This document shows, one piece after another, positions 19,279-26,866 of a DNA stretch of 64,000 bases. The number at the start of each line of letters is the position of its first letter. Position 1 is the first letter of the stretch. The notes beneath the pieces are model-generated. The model saw only the letters and a list, made by a program, of their open reading frames with translations, made no database searches and was not told where the DNA came from. Origin of the DNA: an uncultured Bacillota bacterium (GTDB lineage Bacteria; Sysuimicrobiota; Sysuimicrobiia; Sysuimicrobiales; Segetimicrobiaceae); contig CAWDRG010000019.1 in the NCBI GenBank assembly GCA_963804645.1, positions 32,001 to 96,000 on the forward strand, read 5' to 3'. The translations under genes and the position numbers were made by a program.

Positions 19279-20343
19279 TCAGGCGATCTCTGAGGCCGGC
19301 TGTTCGAACGACGGAAGGACGTTCACATCGACGGGCGCGAAGGCGCTTTCTCCCAAATTGCGAAGGATGTGGTGTGCACGGCGACAGATCTTGCGCGCGA
19401 CCGACAGACATGCCCGCTTGTGGTTGAGGCGTTCTTTGACCTTCTGGTAGTAGCTACGATCAGGGGCTGTACGCCAAGCGGCGCATTGTGCGGCTTCGTA
19501 CAGCGCCCATCGAAGCGCTTCGGGCCCCTGGCGAGAGAGATGGCCTGGAGGACGCTTGTCGTCCGATTCGTAGACGGTGATGTCCAGCCCCGCATACCGC
19601 ACTGCATCATCCGAGGACGAGAATCTGATACAGTTTCCGAGCTCAGCCCAGATGAAAACGGCGGTAATGTCGCCGACCCCGAACAGGCGCTGCTTGAGGG
19701 CGCGGCAACCTGGCTGCAGCTTTGCAAAGCGCACGAGGTAGGCATCAAGGGGCATGAGCTGGCGGTCGAGATGCTCCATCACCTCAAGCCCCGTCGTCAC
19801 AACTCGCCGCCCGGCGGCTGAAAGGTCAGCTGCGGCGAGCTGCTCCCGTCCTTGTGTCGTGGTGAGTCGGATGCTTGGTATTCCCTGATGGAACAGTTGC
19901 GCTTGGATCCGCTGCTGCCACTCTCGACGTTCATCGGCCACTGACTTGCGAAGCCGGACTAGGGTGCGAATCTCCAGCGCGTGCTCCGGAGGGAACCACG
20001 ATTCCGGGAGACGTCCAGTGAGAAGCAGCTCCACCATGTGGTCGCAATCACGGCGGTCGGTCTTGGCCCGCCGCTTCTTTCCCCTGAGAGCCGCAGTGTC
20101 TGCCGGCTCAGCAAGATGGGCAGTCAAGCCTGCCCGTGAGATTTCCTCCGCGATGAAGCGCCATCCCGTGGTGGCCTCGAGCGCAAAGTGCGCATCGCGG
20201 CCCTTGAAGGGCACGAGGAATTCTCGTACCGTTTCCCTCAGTCCAGGAGCGATGCGACCCCGTTTGATCTCGCCGGTCTCGGTGTTCAACCACTTGAATG
20301 TGATCTGCTTCCTATGCACGTCGAATGCACCTATAATTTCCAT
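19279..20343 (-). CDS. IS110-family DEDD recombinase/transposase #2
   Basis: GAFDVH, ALEATTGW, KTDRRD, YAGLDITVYESD, VARKI; GAGGAGG RBS. Confidence 0.95.
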   Translation of the reverse strand: MEIIGAFDVHRKQITFKWLNTETGEIKRGRIAPGLRETVREFLVPFKGRDAHFALEATTGWRFIAEEISRAGLTAHLAEPADTAALRGKKRRAKTDRRDCDHMVELLLTGRLPESWFPPEHALEIRTLVRLRKSVADERREWQQRIQAQLFHQGIPSIRLTTTQGREQLAAADLSAAGRRVVTTGLEVMEHLDRQLMPLDAYLVRFAKLQPGCRALKQRLFGVGDITAVFIWAELGNCIRFSSSDDAVRYAGLDITVYESDDKRPPGHLSRQGPEALRWALYEAAQCAAWRTAPDRSYYQKVKERLNHKRACLSVARKICRRAHHILRNLGESAFAPVDVNVLPSFEQPASEIA

Positions 20344-21705
20344 TGGGACCTCCTCGATAGCTCCGCCCGTATCCTGGGCTTCAGCACGTGCTTTGTGCTT
20401 GAGCCGAGGGGGCCCCTCTCTCTCAGGGAGTCCCTCTACATGTCATCTTTTTCCAACGCGCCGAGCGGCTGCGGCCCGACTTCTTCCGCGTCCTTTACGA
20501 CGAGTATGTCGCGCACCTGGTGCCGGAGGCCCGCACGACCTACGCCGCCGCCGTGGCGGGGGTGCGCGAGCGCTTCTCCGAGGTCTGGATCCTGGACGGC
20601 ACGCGCCTGGATGCGGTGGCCCATCGGCTCAAGCTCACCTGGGATGTCCGCTCGCCGTTGTTGCCGGGGTGCCTGCTGGTGTGCTACGACCTGTTCCGCG
20701 GCTTCCCCCGGCGCCTCTCGTTCTGCGCCGATGCCGGCCGGAGCGAACTGCAACACGCGCTCGAGCAGCTCCCCACCATTCCCCAAGAGACGCTGCTCAT
20801 TGCGGATCGACTGTTTGCCTCGGTCAAGCTGGTGGCGGCACTCACGCACGGGAAGGGATGGCTCCTCTGCCGCCGGAATCGTCGGCTCACCCTGCGCCAT
20901 CAGCGCTGGCTGCGCCGCGGCCAGTTCAAGGGCGGCACGCTGATGGAGCGCCTCGTCCTCGTCGGGTCGGGGCAAGGCACCCCGCCCCAGCTGATGCGGC
21001 AGATCCGCTATACCCAACATCGACTGACCATTGATCTCTTGACGTCGGTGCTGGACCCTCGGCGCCTCCCCGCAAAAGACGCGCTGGCATGTTACCGATT
21101 GCGCTGGCAAGTGGAACGGCTGTTTTCGGATCTCAAGGGCGTGCTGGATCTCCATCACTTCTACCTCGCCAGCCCGCGCGGGGTGGCCCAACAAGTCTAT
21201 GTCGCGGCCATGGTGTATGCCGCGATGCGCGTGGCGCAAGCCCGCATTGCCGGGGAGCATGACCTGACGCCGGAGGAGTTGTCGCCCACCAAGCTCTTCC
21301 CGCGCCTTGCCCGGGCCTCGCTCACCTTCGTGCTCGGGGACCTGCATTTTGAGGCGACGCAACAGGTGAATCCCCGCGTGCGTTTAATCAAGCCGGATTG
21401 GTCGGAGCTCCCTCCCATGCAGGTCGCGCTGCCGGATCTCCTCGTCGAACCTCGTCGCGGCAAACGCCGCAAGCGTCGGTTCTGCGCGAGCCGGCACCGG
21501 TGGAAATCGTTCGCGCATGTGCGCGGCGCACGTAAGTTCGAATTATGTTAGCGGCGATGACTCTAAGGCGCCGAAGCGCCAACCAGCGCGGCGGAGTTTG
21601 CATTCCCGGACTCCGCTCTTCGGTCCGGCGGTCACCCGCGTCCGCCATTATCCTACCGCGCATGCGCCTCCCGTGCCAAGCGAGGGACTTGACAATTTCA
21701 TCCGT

Positions 21706-22476
21706 GGCCTGCGGCGACGAGGCGGGGATCCACTTGATGCCCAGTTGGTGGAGCGCCCGGCCGACTTGCGTCGCGGGTACGGCGCCGGTGAGCTGCTCCG
21801 GCAGCGGCAGGCGCGCCTTGGAATCGGCCTGGAATAGGCCTGCGCGGTCGGTGTAGACGGCGGCGGGCACGCCATACCGTTGAATCAGCCGGCGGATGAG
21901 GAGGAAGTAGCCATGGGCATCTTCCTCAGGGCGAAACACCGTGGCGAGGACGGTGCCGGTCGCATCGTCGATCGCGGCATGGAGGACGAGACGAGGGCCG
22001 CGGTCTTCGAGCCACGGATGGTGGCTGCCGTCCATCTGGACGAGGAGGCCGGCCTGGGGCATGCGCTCGCGACGGCGACGATGCCGGGGCGGCCGCCGGG
22101 TGCGGGGACTACTGATCCCGGCCTTGCGGAGCAGGCGGCGGACGGTGGGGCGCGAGAGCTGGATGGCTTCGCGTTAGTCCAGGAGCTCGGTGAAGTGGGA
22201 GTCATTGCTACCGGCATAGCGGCCTTGGGCCAGTGCCAGGACCCGGGCGCGGATCTTCTCGGCGGTCCGACGCGGTGACGCACGTCCCCGATTGCCATGG
22301 GCGAGGGCGGCCGGGTCGTGCTTGCGCACGCGGGCGAGCAAGCGCCGGACATGCCGGATGGAATGGCCGAGCAGGCGTGCGGCGTCAGGCACCGGCAGTC
22401 GGCCCTCGAGGATCTGTGTGATCACTTGTCCCCGTTGCTGCTCTTTGCTGCTCAACGTCACCATCTCCCTGGTCAT
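21706..22476 (-). pseudogene. IS1202-family transposase, N-terminal fragment
   Basis: HTH region ..HGNRGR, in-frame TAA at 22174-22176, then LVQMDGSHHPW, IDDATG, YTDR, SPQA; continues as KGRVER at 16976. Confidence 0.85.
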
Positions 22477-22554
22477 GGTGCCAGGGTGACAGAATCACTG
22501 ACCAGTTAGGGGGTGACCAAATCATTGAACAATTACAGCATCGACCTCCGGGCC

Positions 22555-22583
22555 TTGTCTTGCTTGGCGTTTCGCGTTACCAT
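22555..22583 (+). promoter_or_regulatory. Sigma70-type promoter of tRNA-Arg
   Basis: TTGTCT-17 bp-TACCAT, ending 11 nt upstream of the tRNA. Confidence 0.55.
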
Positions 22584-22594
22584 GACCACGGCGC

Positions 22595-22670
22595 GCGCCC
22601 GTAGCTCAGAGGAGAGAGCGGCTGCCTTCTAAGCAGCGGGTCGGGGGTTCGAATCCCTCCGGGCGCGCCA
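22595..22670 (+). tRNA. tRNA-Arg(UCU)
   Basis: Acceptor stem GCGCCCG/CGGGCGC, anticodon arm GCTGC-CTTCTAA-GCAGC, GGTTCGAATCC T-loop, encoded CCA; 76 nt. Confidence 0.95.
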
Positions 22671-22713
22671 AGCTCAGATGGTCCAACCCGGAGACATAGG
22701 TGACAGTTCGTAC

Positions 22714-23895
22714 CTAAGACATGGGTAACACTTTCGGGCCGAACGGATTTTCGAGCGGTTCGAGCACGCGTGTCTCCAGATCAAAGTACCCCAAGTCATC
22801 ATCCATAAAGCTGACCAGCCAGATGTCATCATACACTTCTTTGATGCCGACGGCTTGTCCCACGAAGACTTGGCTGAAGTTGATCTTATGGTTGCCTAGA
22901 CAGATGCGACCGCACTGCGTGACCACGACGGTCTTGTCGTGGAGCGGATAATCGATCTCCGGCAAGCCCGTGTAGGGACGTGGGGAAGGGCGGTAGACTT
23001 GCGCCGGACACTGCATGTCCAGGGCTTCGTGCGGGCGTTCGTTGTTGAAGGTGTCGATAAATTTGTCAAACCGGGCCTGCTGCTGCAGGAGATTGGCCGC
23101 GGCGGGCTTGGTGGCTTCTTTCTTCAACGTGAGGTGCATCCGTTCATGACGGCCGTTCTGCTGGGGATGGCCGGGCTGGATGCGTTCGATGCCAATGCCG
23201 AGGCGTACCCACCAGACCGCCAGTCGGCTCAAGTTGAAGAGGGCGTGCGCGGACGCGAACGGGACGCCGTTGTCGCTGCGGATGTTGGCCGGGAGGCCGC
23301 GCTCCTTAGACAACCGCTCAAACCCTGTAAAGGCATAGGGTTCTTTGGTGGAGGAGAGCGCGTCACAGGCCAGCAGAAACCGGCTGGCGTGGTCGGTGAC
23401 CGTGAGCGGATAGCAGTAGCGGTGATTGCCCAGCAGGAACTCGCCTTTGTAATCGGTGCACCATACTTCGTTCGGACGGTGCCCAAGCGACAAGGGGGTG
23501 CCCTGCGCCCGACGCCGCAGGCGCCCACGACGCTCCACCAGGCCGTGGCGATCCAGCACCGCATGGATCGTGCTCTTCGCGGGGATGGGAATCCCTGCGA
23601 ACCGGCGCGTCAAGCGCTCGCGGATCTTCCGCGCCCCCCAGCTGGCGTGTTCGCGCTTCACAGTGAGGATGTAGTTCTCGACTTGAACGGGCAGTTGGTT
23701 GGCGTAGCGATACGGACGCCGGCTGCGGTCCGTGAGCCCGTGGATGCCGCATTCCTGATACCGATCGAAGAGCTTGTAACCGGTCTTGCGGGAAATCCCA
23801 AACTCTCGGCACAGTTCCGCCATCGACTCACCGGCGAGTCGCCGCGCGACAAACTGCATGCGTTCGTCCATCACCGAACACTCCCTCCAGGGCAT
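22714..23895 (-). CDS. IS481-family transposase
   Basis: MPWRECSVMDER, GISRKTGYK HTH, WCTDYKG, RSDNG, PQQNGRHER, RPHEAL. Confidence 0.95.
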   Translation of the reverse strand: MPWRECSVMDERMQFVARRLAGESMAELCREFGISRKTGYKLFDRYQECGIHGLTDRSRRPYRYANQLPVQVENYILTVKREHASWGARKIRERLTRRFAGIPIPAKSTIHAVLDRHGLVERRGRLRRRAQGTPLSLGHRPNEVWCTDYKGEFLLGNHRYCYPLTVTDHASRFLLACDALSSTKEPYAFTGFERLSKERGLPANIRSDNGVPFASAHALFNLSRLAVWWVRLGIGIERIQPGHPQQNGRHERMHLTLKKEATKPAAANLLQQQARFDKFIDTFNNERPHEALDMQCPAQVYRPSPRPYTGLPEIDYPLHDKTVVVTQCGRICLGNHKINFSQVFVGQAVGIKEVYDDIWLVSFMDDDLGYFDLETRVLEPLENPFGPKVLPMS

Positions 23896-23959
23896 CCGCG
23901 TCCCCCCCTTTAGGGGAGGAAGTGTTACCCATGTGTCCGGTACAACCTGTTACCTATGT

Positions 23960-24770
23960 GTGCAGCCCGTAAAGCCATACACTCAGTCGGTGAGAGTCCG
24001 ACCCGCGGAGTCGCCCAACTTGCCGCGGTAGTGTTGTCCGGCGTCTCGAAGGAGGTGACTCGCGAGACGGAAGCCCGGACGTACAAGTCTCGGCGGCCCG
24101 GCAGAGATATAAAGGCCGCGGTCGGTGGCCCAGGAGACGAGCGATGGATGGGGCCGCAACATGAAGTGAACACTGCAGCGTCGTTATTCAGGCCCACTCA
24201 GAGCTCCGGGAACGGAGTGCTCAGCGCCACAGTGGGAATGAGGGTGCCAAGTTTCTACATAGGGGACGAAGGCCAGTGTGGTTGCGGAAGAAGCTGGGCG
24301 TGTGCACGCAACCAGCCCTCCGGCGTAGGGGTGGCGGCAACATCCAAAGGGTGGATGGTCAAAGCGGGGAAGGGCTCTCACCCGTGAGGCCAGTGATATA
24401 ACCGACTTCACTCGGGAAGTTCACTGGTGGGGGAGAGTCTGGCGCATGAGGCCGTAGGAGCGATGATCGCTCCGATAACAAGGAGCGGGAGCAAAGGGCC
24501 TCTGGGAGCAGGCCAGCGTTGGAGAAGGAGAGGGTGCGGGTGCTGATAACGCGCTCGGGCTACCGCCAAGATCCGGACCGACGCTGTAGGCTGCAGCAAA
24601 CCAATCGCTCCCCAGGTACAGGCTGGGAAGGATCGGGAACGCTGCAACTGAGCGCGTGCTCTTCCAGCCGGATTGGGGAAAACCCGCTATCCGGATGATA
24701 GGGGGCGGGGTGGAACCGTGGTCAGGCTCCTTAACGGTAACCTGACCGGCGCGCCACCCTGCTACCCGAC
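23960..24770 (+). ncRNA. ORF-less group II intron (811 nt)
   Basis: 5' GTGCAG; domain V 24665-24697 (AGCCGGAT-TGGGGAAAACCCG-CT-ATCCGG); domain VI with bulged A at 24764 and 3' ACCCGAC; EBS1 ACATAGG (24257-24263) is complementary to the 5' exon end CCTATGT; no RT ORF. Confidence 0.85.
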
Positions 24771-24972
24771 CTCAGGTTGGAGGGATATAAACAAGGCGTA
24801 CCGCGCGGTCAGCACCCTTCGGAGGGCGCAAAAAAGCAGCGGGCGACGCGGCCTTTGGCTGATCGCATGCAGTTCGCCCAAGTGCATGTCGTTCTCGTGT
24901 GGTTCGCTAACGTCGGTCTGCGTGGTCGGTGCCGGCACCATACTGAACGCCTCTGCCAGTTTGCCCGCATTG

Positions 24973-25097
24973 ATTATGCTAAGCGGGTAGCATATTGTCA
25001 AGAATCAATGCTAGGCGGGTAGCACACTCAGTGGTGGAAAGAGGTCCACTGGGTTCACTGACAGTGGTTGACACTGATGCTAGGCGGGTAGTACGAT
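24973..25097. promoter_or_regulatory. Divergent sigma70 promoters with three palindromic operator repeats
   Basis: ATGCTA(A/G)GCGGGTAG(C/T)A at 24976, 25008 and 25077; leftward TTGACA-17-CATAAT (25001-24973); rightward TTGACA-18-TACGAT (25068-25097). Confidence 0.75.
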
Positions 25098-25103
25098 CCT
25101 GCC

Positions 25104-25304
25104 ATGGCGAGGAAGCGAACGGTCTTAAAGGAGAAACGCAAGAAAGACCCTCTCGCTGTGGCCCTGGGTAAACGGGGAGGGCGGGCTCGGGCCAGGAGTC
25201 TGACGAAGGAAGAGCACGTTGCCCTGGCGCGGAAGGCGGCGCTCGCACGCTGGTCCCGCGCGCGTGCCGCCGACAAGCTCTCTCGCGGGGAGCGGGCACA
25301 ATAG
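25104..25304 (+). CDS. Small basic protein (KDP.AVALG.RGG.ARA type), putative DNA-binding
   Basis: KDPLAVALGKRGGRARARSLTKEEHVALARKAALARW; ATG lies 6 nt after the -10 box (likely leaderless). Confidence 0.75.
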   Translation: MARKRTVLKEKRKKDPLAVALGKRGGRARARSLTKEEHVALARKAALARWSRARAADKLSRGERAQ

Positions 25305-25437
25305 GGCCTTTGAGCAGGGAATCCTGGAGGGTCAGCCGAGGACCAAACGAGAGAGCCAATGGGCTGGCCTGGCATGTCCGGATACGCCGACGAGGTTGAA
25401 GGCGGTCGCGCGAGCGGACCGGAAAGGGCGTCGATCC

Positions 25438-25716
25438 ATGGCGAAGACTTTTCGTGCGAAGTTTACTAAAGGACGAATCGAACCCCGGGAGGCGCTGCAA
25501 TTCCCAGACGACGCTGAATTGATCGTGACAGCTGAGGAGGTCGAGGCGAGCCGCGGCGAGGCTATCGAAGACATCTGGGCCGGATACGACCCAAAGGCCG
25601 TTGATACGGCGATCCGTGAAACCGCCGGAAGTTGGGCCGATGTCGACGCGGCCGCAGTAATCGCAGCGATTTATCGTGCTCGTGAAGAAGGAACTCGACC
25701 ACCGTCGAGGCCATGA
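25438..25716 (+). CDS. Putative antitoxin (AF2212/DUF104-like N-terminus)
   Basis: MAKTFRAKFTKGRIEPREALQFPDDAELIVT; directly precedes a PIN-like fragment. Confidence 0.65.
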   Translation: MAKTFRAKFTKGRIEPREALQFPDDAELIVTAEEVEASRGEAIEDIWAGYDPKAVDTAIRETAGSWADVDAAAVIAAIYRAREEGTRPPSRP

Positions 25717-25790
25717 TTGCCGTGTATTCTCGATGCGGACTGGGTCATTGAGTCCCTTGCCGGTCGCCCGCTCCGTGTCGACACCGTTGT
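25717..25790 (+). pseudogene. N-terminal remnant of a PIN/VapC toxin
   Basis: PCILDADWVIESLAGR resembles a VapC N-terminus (LLD.D.VI..L); the rest is missing. Confidence 0.5.
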
Positions 25791-25815
25791 GGCGCTTGGA
25801 ACCGGAGGGTCTCGG

Positions 25816-26172
25816 ATGACCGACGAAAGCGTGCAGAGATACCATGGGGACGGTGAACCCGACGACGCGGCCATCGAGGAAATTGTGCGCCGCATCCGCG
25901 CCGTCAGCCGACCCGACCGGATAATTCTCTTCGGCTCGGCCGCGACCGGCCGGATGAGCCGGGACAGCGACGTGGATCTCCTCGTGCTTGAGCGTGAGGT
26001 TGAGGATGCTCGTAGAGATATCATACGTATCCGGGAGGCACTTACCGGGCTTCCATTCCCGTTCGATGTCGTCGTGATGAGCAAAGATCGCTTCGAGGAA
26101 ACTCGCAATGTCATTGGGGGAATCGCCTGGCCGGCGGCCCGGTACGGGCGAGTTATCTATGAGGCCGCCTGA
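25816..26172 (+). CDS. Minimal nucleotidyltransferase (MNT antitoxin)
   Basis: IILFGSAATG...DSDVDLLV; GGAGG RBS. Confidence 0.88.
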   Translation: MTDESVQRYHGDGEPDDAAIEEIVRRIRAVSRPDRIILFGSAATGRMSRDSDVDLLVLEREVEDARRDIIRIREALTGLPFPFDVVVMSKDRFEETRNVIGGIAWPAARYGRVIYEAA

Positions 26173-26590
26173 GGGAGTTAAGCGCGAGTTCGTTGTCCAA
26201 TGGATCCAGAGCGCCGACGGTGATATGGCGGCCGCAGAACACTTGCTCGGTGGAGGAGCTGAACTTACTCGCGGCGCGACGTTTCATACACAGCAGGCCG
26301 CCGAGAAATTCTTGAAGGCAGCATTGGTCTGGCATCAGGTGGAGTTTCCCAAGAGCCACGACATCGGCCGCCTGACGGATCTGCTGGAGACCGTGGATAC
26401 GCACCTCGCCGATCGCGTTCGCGAGGCGTCTGTTCTGACCCCCTACGCTGTCGAGGCACGCTACCCGAGTGACCTTCCGAGACCGACCCTTGCCCAGGGA
26501 CGAGAGGCCCTTGCGATCGCTAAGCGCGTTCGCGATACTGTGCTCCAGCACCTTGCACCCGTGCTTGGATCAGACAAGAGCCAGCAGTAG
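26159..26590 (+). CDS. HEPN domain protein
   Basis: W...AD.D...A, FHTQQAAEKFLKA, PKSHDI..L, ARYP; overlaps the MNT gene. Confidence 0.88.
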   Translation: MRPPEGVKREFVVQWIQSADGDMAAAEHLLGGGAELTRGATFHTQQAAEKFLKAALVWHQVEFPKSHDIGRLTDLLETVDTHLADRVREASVLTPYAVEARYPSDLPRPTLAQGREALAIAKRVRDTVLQHLAPVLGSDKSQQ

Positions 26591-26763
26591 TATCCCTACC
26601 ATAAAAAGGTTTCATTGCTCGATCCTGTTGGACAGCGCCGGGTCGGGCCGCGGTCGGCACGGAACTGCTTGCAGCAGATGGGGTGTTATTCGGTCGTGGT
26701 GGTACTCGAAGTGGTACTGACTTGGGGGGCGGGTGCGCTGGCCAGCAGTCGTTGCAGCGAAAT

Positions 26764-26862
26764 GGATTGTATCTGAACCCGCCGGAGAGGGTCTTGTTCT
26801 TGTGCGTGGATGAGAAAGCCAGATCCACGCGCTGGACCGCACGCAGCCCTCGGTTGCCGATG
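26764..26862 (+). pseudogene. IS630-family transposase remnant
   Basis: GLYLNPPERVLFLCVDEK, then frameshifted QIHALDRTQP. Confidence 0.7.
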
Positions 26863-26866
26863 GCAC

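Larger units (their letters stand above)
18852..20446 (-). mobile_element. IS110/IS1111-type element #2
   Basis: Flanked by core CTT at 18849-18851 and 20447-20449; subterminal IRs TGTTGAGGGACCCC and (reverse complement) TGTAGAGGGACTCC; long 3' non-coding end. Confidence 0.88.
18574..21551 (+). pseudogene. IS4-family transposase, split into 18574-18851 and 20450-21551; in frame when rejoined (459 aa)
   Basis: ...TSPEA|FFQRAERL... rejoins exactly; ILDGT, IADR and YRLRWQVERLFSDLK (YREK-type) motifs. Confidence 0.88.
18470..21559 (+). mobile_element. IS4-family element (interrupted by IS110 #2)
   Basis: IRs CAGCGCCACTAAGATAATTTGA and (reverse complement) CATCGCCGCTAACATAATTCGA; 11-bp TSD ACTCTAAGGCG at 18459-18469 and 21560-21570. 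Confidence 0.88.
16977..21705 (+). mobile_element. IS110-family element #1 (contains IS4 and IS110 #2)
   Basis: Removing it restores ...SPQA|KGRVER of the IS1202 transposase; subterminal IRs ATGAAATTATC / GACAATTTCAT; TTGACA at 21689-21694; no TSD. Confidence 0.85.
16397..22537 (-). mobile_element. IS1202-family (ISTde1-like, formerly ISNCY) element, disrupted by nested insertions
   Basis: TGT...ACA termini; two copies of an approximately 20-bp repeat (GGTCAGTGATCCTGTCACCCC-like) at each end; exact 17-bp direct repeat GCATCGACCTCCGGGCC at 16380-16396 and 22538-22554. Confidence 0.85.
22679..24782 (-). mobile_element. IS481-family element (left end interrupted by a group II intron; outer ends approximate)
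   Basis: Paired TGTYACCYATGT repeats at both ends; the left end reassembles as TGTTACCTATGT|CTCAGGTTGGA versus TGTCACCTATGTCTCCGGGTTGGA at the right end. Confidence 0.8.

Noticed and set aside
23956..24647. Short ORFs inside the intron as an intron-encoded protein
   Set aside because: No RT (YADD), maturase or endonuclease motifs; they overlap structured RNA domains
24762..25001. Leftward ORF under the divergent promoter
   Set aside because: No RBS or recognisable motif, and it runs into the IS end; cannot be supported as a gene
24976..25093. Three 17-bp repeats as a mini-CRISPR
   Set aside because: Repeats are too short, spacers are irregular (15 and 52 nt), there are no cas genes, and their placement in promoter spacers fits operators
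26699..26720. GTGGTACT tandem repeat as integrase arm-type sites
   Set aside because: Only two 8-bp copies, with no integrase or att core adjacent; insufficient support
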